A DNA stretch of 64,000 bases from Thermodesulfobacteriota bacterium (GTDB taxonomy: Bacteria > Desulfobacterota > Desulfobacteria > Desulfobacterales > SURF-7): positions 1-64,000 of the forward strand of contig JBMORA010000017.1 in NCBI GenBank assembly GCA_049320885.1. Direction: 5' to 3'. The notes beneath the pieces are model-generated. The model had not been told where the DNA came from and searched no databases. It saw nothing but the letters and a program-made list of their open reading frames with translations. Numbering within the stretch: position 1 is the first letter of the stretch; every line of letters begins with the position of its first letter. Positions 1-7,664 of the stretch are shown piece by piece. A program made the position numbers and the translations under genes.

Positions 1-124
1 ATCGGGCATTTACATAGGCAAGCGCCTTACGCGAAAGCGAGTACAACCGAGGAACCGGATGCGGGAAAACCGCACGTCCGGGTCTGTGCGGGGGGTGCCG
101 GGTAACTGGCATTCCTACCGCGAG
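1..124 (+). mobile_element. Group II intron, 3' end (end of domain IV, domain V, domain VI); the rest lies upstream of the window
   Basis: Domain V hairpin 52-84 (GAACCGGAT-GCGG-GAAAA-CCGC-AC bulge-GTCCGGGTC). Domain VI 87-122 with a GTAA tetraloop and unpaired A117 in CCTACCGC. The 3' end is placed at 124 from branch-A spacing and from the attC core match downstream. Confidence 0.9.
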
Positions 125-215
125 ATGATTGATAATCATTATGTAGTGGGTAGTTACTGCCATCCCGCAATCCAAACTACAAAAGCCAGGATGCCCAACC
201 TTTTAGGAGCAAATC

Positions 216-2177
216 ATGTACGCACAGATAGATCAGAGGGTATCGGAAGCATTTAATTCGATGCTCCGGACAGATTACATTGCGCTTGGCGATATAGACA
301 AGATGAATTTGCTTTCCCAGTATTATGTCGATTACTTTGGTTACTTGCCACAAGTGCTTAGCGAAACAGACCAGCTCGTAGTTGGCAGGAGAGGCACAGG
401 GAAAACAACGCTTTTATACAGGGCATTTGTCGAGTGCATGCGGTCATGGGGTGATCGGCCCGAACTTGCCAAGAGCCGAACGTTAGGGATCTATATTGAC
501 TTAAGCAAGTGCCAATCTCTCTATTCCACTTCTGACTTTACTCATTTTGAGCATATGTTTGTTAGTGAGATGTGCCAATCCATCAGCGATCAACTCAAAC
601 GATTCTGGCCCGAACTTGAGAAGCAGCCGGGCGTTCTAGACAAGCTCTTCAACAGTGCTAATCAGAAAAAACAGGGTGAGGTCAAGAAGGAACTCGACAA
701 ACTTGCCACCTTACTCAAGACAGGTCTGCCGCGCATTGTTTCGCATGGTACCATAAGCCGAGAAACCACTGGCCGAAATAAACGCAAAGAAACCGCAGGT
801 GTAGATGCAACAGTATCTGCAACCCCAAAGATAGATGTGAAAGGTAGCGAGGAATCCGAATCGGAGTACACTGAGAAGGTTAGCGGGACAGAGGCTGTAG
901 CCTATAGACTCTCAGTTTCTGACATTTTTGGACTGTTGCAGTCTTTACGTGAAAAAGCCGAGATCTCGGCAATCTTCGTTTTTATTGATGAATATTCATC
1001 GTTGTCCACTGAATTGCAGGGTCGGTTCTCTAGTCTCTTGCGCAAGATGTTGGGTGCACATGCAGGGCTTTTTCTTAAGCTTTGTGCGATTACAGACAAC
1101 TACACACTCGGGAGCTCCATCATCCTTCAGCGGGACCTATTCGAAATTTCCCTTGATCTTGATGCATATGTGGAACGTAGCAACAACCTTGGCCACGCGA
1201 TGAACGGTCTTCGTGAACACACCGAAAGGATTGTTCGCAAGAGACTCCAGGCTTACGAGTGCCAGGATCCAGAACAGCTCTTCGCAGATATGCCCGACAT
1301 ATGGATGGAGCTATCACGGGCATCCATGGGTGTGCCTCGTACACTTGGTATCGTGCTACAGCAGGCATGGAATCGCAGAAGAGCAGTTAGCACTAAAATT
1401 CGAAAGACCGACGTTGAATATGGAATACGATACGCATCTAAAGCATATCTCACACAAATGTTAGGAGCCAGCCGAGACAATGCGGCAATCCCGAGCCATA
1501 TCACTGAACTGTGGTTTGCACTTCAGGAAAGGGCAACAGAGGAAAGGCAGAAAGAAAACAAAGAGGCCAGCCATTTCCTTCTGACGGCTAAATATGAGCC
1601 GGTCATCAAATATCTTAACATGTTCTTCCTTGTTCATCTATTAACGAAGGGCAGGACAACAAAAAAGGATAGCTCTGCGCGTAGCCTTTATTGCTTTGAC
1701 TATGGGATTTGTCTTGAGAACAATCTCGGATTTACGCTGGACAAGAACGTTCTCCGGCAACAGCGTTTTGTGTACGATAGCGTTGTCCTGCCATACTTTG
1801 AACGCTATTATCAGCATTCAAATGAGCCAATTTACGAATGCACTAAATGTGGGCAAACATATAAGCAAAACGAGATACAGGTTGCCGGAAAGACACTTGA
1901 TTTCTGTCCAAAAGATCGCGCAGACCTTAGGCTGGTCCCATCGACCTTTTTTCAGTCAACATTTACTGAAGAGGAAATTAAAATCATTGGGGCTATCCGT
2001 TCAGCTGGAAGATCTGATAAACTTTTGGCCCGAAGAGTTGCAGACGATGTTGGATGCTTCGTGCAAAAAGTCGCAAAGTTTGGTGAAAAGCTTGAGCGAG
2101 ACTCTATGATATCCCGTGACAGAGATGATGATGCGGGCAAGCTTATTTATTTCTCTGAAGAAAAAAAGGACAATTGA
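216..2177 (+). CDS. P-loop NTPase (AAA+/ORC-CDC6/STAND-like) with C-terminal Zn-ribbon-like and winged-helix regions; integron cassette gene
   Basis: Walker A GRRGTGKT, Walker B FVFIDE, CTKC...CPKD motif, HTH-like C-terminus; SD AGGAG upstream; AT-richer than the backbone; followed by an attC. Confidence 0.8.
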   Translation: MYAQIDQRVSEAFNSMLRTDYIALGDIDKMNLLSQYYVDYFGYLPQVLSETDQLVVGRRGTGKTTLLYRAFVECMRSWGDRPELAKSRTLGIYIDLSKCQSLYSTSDFTHFEHMFVSEMCQSISDQLKRFWPELEKQPGVLDKLFNSANQKKQGEVKKELDKLATLLKTGLPRIVSHGTISRETTGRNKRKETAGVDATVSATPKIDVKGSEESESEYTEKVSGTEAVAYRLSVSDIFGLLQSLREKAEISAIFVFIDEYSSLSTELQGRFSSLLRKMLGAHAGLFLKLCAITDNYTLGSSIILQRDLFEISLDLDAYVERSNNLGHAMNGLREHTERIVRKRLQAYECQDPEQLFADMPDIWMELSRASMGVPRTLGIVLQQAWNRRRAVSTKIRKTDVEYGIRYASKAYLTQMLGASRDNAAIPSHITELWFALQERATEERQKENKEASHFLLTAKYEPVIKYLNMFFLVHLLTKGRTTKKDSSARSLYCFDYGICLENNLGFTLDKNVLRQQRFVYDSVVLPYFERYYQHSNEPIYECTKCGQTYKQNEIQVAGKTLDFCPKDRADLRLVPSTFFQSTFTEEEIKIIGAIRSAGRSDKLLARRVADDVGCFVQKVAKFGEKLERDSMISRDRDDDAGKLIYFSEEKKDN

Positions 2178-2202
2178 ACGATTCTTCAAAGAGCCGTTAT
2201 AA

Positions 2203-2268
2203 TCATAACGAAGGTTTGCACGGGATCACGGCAAAAAGCGCCGCGCCCCGTGAAACCTGACGTTGGCA
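2203..2268 (+). other. Integron attC recombination site (canonical)
   Basis: R'' TCATAAC 2203-2209, 5-bp spacer, L'' TTTGCACG with extrahelical G, L' CGTGAAA, 6-bp spacer, R' GTTGGCA 2262-2268. AGGTTT(G)CACGGG pairs with CCCGTGAAACCT; there is a second extrahelical T and the mismatches give G-T wobbles on the bottom strand. Confidence 0.92.
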
Positions 2269-2338
2269 GCCACATTGATGAGTGCGGTGGCATAGTTGTT
2301 CTTGCCGCCACAACTCAATATTGCAAGGTGATCACATC

Positions 2339-2602
2339 ATGAAATATGGCGTTACCGAAACAGCCCGAATATTGGGAATCGATATCCAGCAGCTTAAGAC
2401 ATGGGCATATCAATTCCGCGACAATCTTTCAGCTTCAGCAAATCCTGAAAAGGGAACGCCACGCATTTTTACGACGGAGGATGTGCAAGTACTACTCTAT
2501 GTGAGCCACTTCTGGGAAGACGAATCGGATGCCGAAGCTATTGTTGTTGGGCTTAATTCAGGGTGCCACCTTGAAGACCGATTCGGGGACGGACCAAGAT
2601 AA
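2339..2602 (+). CDS. MerR-type HTH protein, possibly truncated; first ORF of the next cassette
   Basis: YGVTETARILGIDIQQLKTWA...PRIFTTEDV resembles a MerR HTH; begins shortly after the attC R'. Confidence 0.6.
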   Translation: MKYGVTETARILGIDIQQLKTWAYQFRDNLSASANPEKGTPRIFTTEDVQVLLYVSHFWEDESDAEAIVVGLNSGCHLEDRFGDGPR

Positions 2603-2827
2603 CTGGCTATTAAAATAAAGAATAGGCTTTTTTACACCTATCAAAATGGGGCTATATCAAGCTTTTTGAGGTAAAAAATGGGGTGAATGGCCTGACCGAT
2701 TTATGCCTTACACCAGGATATGGAGAAACCGGCGGCTACCTGGTGGGATAGCAACCAATCCCAGCGGATCGATTGGATGAAGCCGCTTGTTCGCGTGTTC
2801 ACGCCAACCCTTTTAATTGGGAGCATC

Positions 2828-3352
2828 ATGTTAAAAGATGAAATAATCCGATATTTGAATATAATAAACGATAAATTACAGCAAAAAAATGTCAAGGGTG
2901 AAATTTGTTTGTATGGCGGTGCTGTAATGTGTCTTGTATTCGATGCAAGACCGAGTACAAAGGATGTTGACGCGATCTTTCATCCTGCCGAAACAATACG
3001 ACGAGTTGCCAAAGAGATTTCAAATGAATATGAATTGGCGGATGATTGGTTGAATGATGGCGTAAAAGGTTTTCTTGTGGATCATCCCAAGAAGGTGTTT
3101 TTGAAATTATCCAATTTGGTAGTTATGGTGGCCGATTCTGAATATATGCTTGCCATGAAATCCCTCTCCGCAAGGATAGATGGAACGGATAGCGGCGATA
3201 TTGAATTTTTAATCAAAGAGTTGAATATTCAATCGGTAGAGGATGTTTTTAAAATAATAGATAAATACTATCCTCGTAGAATAATCAAGCCGGCGACTCA
3301 ATTCTTTTTAGAGGAGCTTTTTGATGAAATGCAGAACGATTCAAGAGACTAA
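2828..3352 (+). CDS. Nucleotidyltransferase-fold protein (DUF6036/AbiEii-like), putative TA toxin
   Basis: LYGGAVM...RPSTKDVD NTase motif, WLNDGVKGF, LAMK...D..DI; start ATG 2828 chosen after a GGGAG SD. Confidence 0.75.
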   Translation: MLKDEIIRYLNIINDKLQQKNVKGEICLYGGAVMCLVFDARPSTKDVDAIFHPAETIRRVAKEISNEYELADDWLNDGVKGFLVDHPKKVFLKLSNLVVMVADSEYMLAMKSLSARIDGTDSGDIEFLIKELNIQSVEDVFKIIDKYYPRRIIKPATQFFLEELFDEMQNDSRD

Positions 3353-3683
3353 AAACGCCATGGTGGAGAACGGCGATAACTGGCGGATTCCGTTTATGGA
3401 GTTTGTGGACGATTTTAGAAGGACACATGATTGTTCCTTGATCGAAAAGCCTTTTGAATTGGGCGATGAAAAATTTGATTCTTTATTGGCTTCGACAGCG
3501 GAATATTTGTGTGATGAAATGGGGCTTGAGGTTCCTGACTGGATCTGGAATATTCCTCCTTGCAAAGAACCATGGTTTGTCTCGGGCTATGAAAATTTAA
3601 AGGCAATATCCATCGCCGAAAGTCCCGCATTTTTCCGAAGAAGAAAGATTTTTGTTTTGGAAAATTTTCTTTCGAGAGCATAG
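3324..3683 (+). CDS. Putative partner/antitoxin of the upstream nucleotidyltransferase
   Basis: Overlaps the upstream gene; EFVDDF...DSLLASTAEYL...PWF...SPAFFRRRKIFV pattern seen in partners of such NTases; GAGGAG SD. Confidence 0.6.
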   Translation: MKCRTIQETKNAMVENGDNWRIPFMEFVDDFRRTHDCSLIEKPFELGDEKFDSLLASTAEYLCDEMGLEVPDWIWNIPPCKEPWFVSGYENLKAISIAESPAFFRRRKIFVLENFLSRA

Positions 3684-3701
3684 CTATTAATGGAGGGATC
3701 A

Positions 3702-4136
3702 ATGATGTGGGAAGATCCGATTGTATAAGAGACCAGGGATTTGAGAAAAAAATATGCCTCTATATTTAAAAATGACCCCGATGCAATCTTTGAAGATATG
3801 GATGAAACAACCAAAGTCCAAGACAGTTCAGGCGTTGATAAAGGGTTGGTCGCAATGTTTCTCAAGATGTCGCCAGAGGAGCGCCTGATGTCAAATGATA
3901 ATGCCGTACGCACTATTCTGGAATTGAGAAATGCCTACCAACAACAAAAAAACAAGAACCACCGATCTGAGGAAGATCTGTTACAGTATACAGTAGAAAT
4001 TGATTTCAGGGGCTATACCCTTCGCGTTCTCGATATGAAAAAGTTGATAGAGCTCAAGAAGACCTCCAGAGACCCTAAAGACAAACAACGGCTCCCTGTT
4101 CTTGAAGAAACATTGCGGCAGTTGGAGAAACAATAG
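3702..4136 (+). pseudogene. Chimeric remnant of several TA genes (antitoxin-like fragments plus an NTase toxin C-terminus)
   Basis: MMWEDPIV*ETRDLRKKYA (in-frame TAA 3726-3728), then GVDKGLVAMFLKMSPEERL, then LIELKKTSRDPKDKQRLPVLEETL (NTase-type C-terminus), all in one frame. Confidence 0.6.
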
Positions 4137-4160
4137 CTGATCATTGGGGTCCGACTTTTT

Positions 4161-4619
4161 ATGAACTTGTCAAGATCCATCCCCTGCGTTCTCATCGGAC
4201 TTATCCTGTTGGCCCGGGAAAGCCCTGCCCAGCCGATGGTCGTAAAGGAAACGAATACACCCATTGCGTTGCATTATGGGGAGATCCTGAAAGGGTATCT
4301 CGCGTTCATCCAGCCGAAAATGGACACCGATGAAGAACTGATCGAGGCGTCGAAAGCATATTTCAACGGAATGAAATTCAGACTGGTGAAACTTTCCATC
4401 GAGCAGGCCGGCCGGCCGGGGCAATCCATATCGTGGAAAATCCCGCATTCAAAAATGGCGGTGCTGCCGCGAATCACTTGCTCCCTGTCCCCCAGTGGCG
4501 CGACGGTGGAACTCTATGATCAGGGCGATGATTACATTTTATTGCAACATCATACGGACAAAGGGGCGCCGAGACCCGGTCTGTTCATATCCGTCGGCAT
4601 CACGCATGGCTGGAAATGA
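4161..4619 (+). CDS. Hypothetical exported protein
   Basis: Signal-peptide-like N-terminus; no recognised motif. Confidence 0.5.
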   Translation: MNLSRSIPCVLIGLILLARESPAQPMVVKETNTPIALHYGEILKGYLAFIQPKMDTDEELIEASKAYFNGMKFRLVKLSIEQAGRPGQSISWKIPHSKMAVLPRITCSLSPSGATVELYDQGDDYILLQHHTDKGAPRPGLFISVGITHGWK

Positions 4620-4672
4620 TGAGAAATGAAACACGCCGCCGCTTTCCGATTTTTTAAAGGAGTTTTCGAATC

Positions 4673-7579
4673 ATGATCAGTTCGGGTTTCATCGGGCTGG
4701 TGAACAACGCCGCCCTGTTGCTGGCCCTGGGTCTTTTGTACGACATGATGGGGTATAGGATCTGGTCCGACAAATCCATGTTCCGGCAGCTTCTGACAGG
4801 CGGCATTGTCGGGGGCATCGGCATCGCCATTATGATGAACCCATGGGATTTCGGCCAGGGGGTTTTGTTCGATACGCGTTCGGTGCTGCTCTGCATTACC
4901 GGATTTTTTTTCGGACCTGTTCCCGCGGTATCGGCGATGCTGATGACCGGCGCTTTCCGCCTGGTGACGGGAGGAAATGGGGCCTGGACCGGCGTGGCCG
5001 TGATTGTTACCTCCGGCGGCATCGGTCTTACCTGGCGGTATCTCCGCCGCAACCACGAAGACAATCCGTCCATGGGGGAGTTGTACCTCCTCGGCATCGT
5101 GGCGCATGTCGCCATGCTGGGCTGGATGCTCACCCTGCCTTGGGTAGTGGCCGCCGGGGTGCTGGCCAAAATCACCCTGCCGGTGATGGTGATCTACCCG
5201 CTGGCCACGGCCATCCTGGGTATGCTCATGGTAAACCGGGGTAAACAAAAACAGTCGGAAGCGGAGCTGCAAAAAAGCGAGGAAAAATGGCGCGCCTATG
5301 TCCGGAGTGCGCCCCATGGCGTTTTTGTCGTTGATGGAAAAGGAAAATTCGTGGATATCAATCCGGCAGCCGGCCGGATTACGGGATATGCCGAACCGGA
5401 ATTGATGCGCATGCGCATATCCGATCTGTTGCCCCCGGAAAGCCTGGAAGCCGTTATCGCATCCTTCCAGCACCTCATGAGCGAGGGGTTTTATACCGGG
5501 GAAAACGCCTTCATCGATAAGTCCGGCCGGAAACGCCATTGCACCATCTCCGCCGTGCGGTTGCGCAATGACCGGTTTCTCGGATACGTGGAAGACATCA
5601 CCGAACGGAAACAGGCCCAGGAAGTATTGCAACTGAATGAACGGATTCTGACGGCCAGCCAGCATCTGGCCAAGATCGGCGGATGGGAATGGAACGTGGC
5701 GGCAAGAGCCATGAACTGGACAAACGAGGTTTATCGCATCCATGATTTGGACCCGGCGGAATTCGTACCGGGTTCCCCGGAGCATGTCGCCCAAAGCCTG
5801 GCCTGTTACGATCCTGCAGATCGCGACCGGATTCTGGCGGCCTTTCAGCGCTGTGCCGAACAGGGGGAGCCCTACGATTTCGAAATGCCCTTTACGACGG
5901 CCAAAGGACGGCGGCTCTGGATCCGCACCACGGCGGAAGCAGTGAAAACAGACGGCCGCATCACCAGGGTCGTGGGCAACATCATGGACATAACCGACCG
6001 CAAAAAGGCCGAAGAACAGCGGACGGAAAGCCACAACCTGCTCACCAACCTGGCTCGCCTGGTGCCCGGGGTCATTTATCAGTATCGCCTGTATCCGGAC
6101 GGCAGCTCGGCCTTTCCTTACGCCAGCCCCGGCATGAATGACATCTATGAGGTGACCCCGGAAGAAGTCCGGGAAGACGCCACGCCGGTTTACGGGCGCC
6201 TGCATCCCGACGATTATGATCAGGTGGTCGCCGCCATCCAGGAATCGGCCCAGACCCTGGAAATCTTTTATTGCGAATTCCGGGTTCTCCTGCCCCGCCA
6301 AGGCCTGCGCTGGCGCTGGTCCCAGGCCCATCCGGAACGGATGCACGACGGCAGCATCCTCTGGCACGGCATCATCCTGGATGTCACGGAACGGAAAAAA
6401 GCCGAAGAAGAAAAAGACAAGCTCAACGCCCAGCTGATCCAGGCGCAAAAAATCGAATCCGTGGGCCGCCTGGCCGGGGGTGTGGCCCACGATTTCAACA
6501 ACATGCTCATGATCATCATCGGCAATACCGAAATGGCCATGGAAGAAACCGACCCGTCGTCGCCGGTTTTCGCGCAATTGAAAGAGGTCCTCGCCAGCGC
6601 CCGGAAATCGGCGGATCTCACGCGCCAGCTCCTGGCATTCGCCCGGAAGCAGACCGTCAGCCTGAAGTTGCTGGACCTGAATGAAACCGTTTCCAGCATG
6701 ATCAAGATGCTTAAGCGACTGATCGGTGAGGACATCGAGCTGGTCTGGAAACCATTCACCGAACTCTGGCCGGTGAAAATGGATCCCTCCCAGATCGACC
6801 AGATTCTGGTCAACCTCGCCGTCAATGCCCGGGACGCCATTACGGGCGTGGGGAACCTGACCATTGAAACCGGAAACATTGTCTTCGATGAAACCTATTG
6901 CCTGACCCATGCCGGCATGTTTCCCGGTGAATACGTGCTGCTGGCAGTGAGCGACACCGGCTCGGGCATGGAAAAAGAAACCCTGGCGCATCTGTTCGAG
7001 CCGTTCTTTACCACAAAAGAGCTGGGCAAGGGTACAGGCCTCGGGCTGGCGACGATTTACGGCATTGTCAAGCAAAACGAGGGTTTCATCAATGTGTACA
7101 GCGAACCGGGCCATGGCACGACCTTCAAAATCTACCTGCCCCGAACCCGGATCGATTCCGGTGCGGAAACCCCGGAGACCACGAAAAAACCAACCGGCGG
7201 CGCGGAAACGGTTCTAATGGTGGAAGACGAACCATCGATTCTGAAGCTCGGCAAGGCGATTCTGGAACGCTACGGCTACACGGTGCTGGCCGCCCGCAAG
7301 CCGGAGGATGCCCTGGCCCTGGCGGAACGGCATGAGGGCCCGATCCATCTGTTAATCACCGATGTGGTGATGCCCCAAATGAACGGCCGGATTCTGCAGG
7401 AGAAGATCGCCGCTTTCCGGCCGGAAATCAAAACCCTTTATATGTCCGGCTATACGGCCAATGTTATTGCGCATCACGGTGTGCTGGAGGACGGCGTCCA
7501 TTTCCTTCAAAAGCCTTTCTCCATCCAGACGCTAGCCCAAAAAGTCCGGGAGGTGCTGGAAATATCCAACAATGCCTGA
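4673..7579 (+). CDS. Hybrid sensor histidine kinase (5TMR-LYT-like membrane domain, 3 PAS, HisKA, HATPase, receiver)
   Basis: GVLFDTRS membrane motif, PAS/PAC repeats, H-box AHDFNN, N-box VNARDA, FFTTKELGKGTGLGL, receiver LLITDVVMP...KPF. Confidence 0.95.
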   Translation: MISSGFIGLVNNAALLLALGLLYDMMGYRIWSDKSMFRQLLTGGIVGGIGIAIMMNPWDFGQGVLFDTRSVLLCITGFFFGPVPAVSAMLMTGAFRLVTGGNGAWTGVAVIVTSGGIGLTWRYLRRNHEDNPSMGELYLLGIVAHVAMLGWMLTLPWVVAAGVLAKITLPVMVIYPLATAILGMLMVNRGKQKQSEAELQKSEEKWRAYVRSAPHGVFVVDGKGKFVDINPAAGRITGYAEPELMRMRISDLLPPESLEAVIASFQHLMSEGFYTGENAFIDKSGRKRHCTISAVRLRNDRFLGYVEDITERKQAQEVLQLNERILTASQHLAKIGGWEWNVAARAMNWTNEVYRIHDLDPAEFVPGSPEHVAQSLACYDPADRDRILAAFQRCAEQGEPYDFEMPFTTAKGRRLWIRTTAEAVKTDGRITRVVGNIMDITDRKKAEEQRTESHNLLTNLARLVPGVIYQYRLYPDGSSAFPYASPGMNDIYEVTPEEVREDATPVYGRLHPDDYDQVVAAIQESAQTLEIFYCEFRVLLPRQGLRWRWSQAHPERMHDGSILWHGIILDVTERKKAEEEKDKLNAQLIQAQKIESVGRLAGGVAHDFNNMLMIIIGNTEMAMEETDPSSPVFAQLKEVLASARKSADLTRQLLAFARKQTVSLKLLDLNETVSSMIKMLKRLIGEDIELVWKPFTELWPVKMDPSQIDQILVNLAVNARDAITGVGNLTIETGNIVFDETYCLTHAGMFPGEYVLLAVSDTGSGMEKETLAHLFEPFFTTKELGKGTGLGLATIYGIVKQNEGFINVYSEPGHGTTFKIYLPRTRIDSGAETPETTKKPTGGAETVLMVEDEPSILKLGKAILERYGYTVLAARKPEDALALAERHEGPIHLLITDVVMPQMNGRILQEKIAAFRPEIKTLYMSGYTANVIAHHGVLEDGVHFLQKPFSIQTLAQKVREVLEISNNA

Positions 7580-7664
7580 AGGCCGCAATTTGATCTGACT
7601 TGACAGAAAAGCGTGAACTCATGGACGGCCCTATTATTGATCATGGCCCGAATCGCGTTAAGAT

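Noticed and set aside
59..256. 65-aa ORF MRENRTSGSVRGVPGNWHSYRE
   Set aside because: It is a translation of group II intron domains V/VI, a common spurious ORF.
193..2830. Similar leaders CCAACC-TTTTA-GGAGCA-TCATG before ATG 216 and ATG 2828
   Set aside because: The similarity is short, gapped and largely explained by SD plus start codon.
4550..7114. 854-aa minus-strand ORF
   Set aside because: Antisense shadow of the histidine kinase, expected in GC-rich coding DNA; no motifs.
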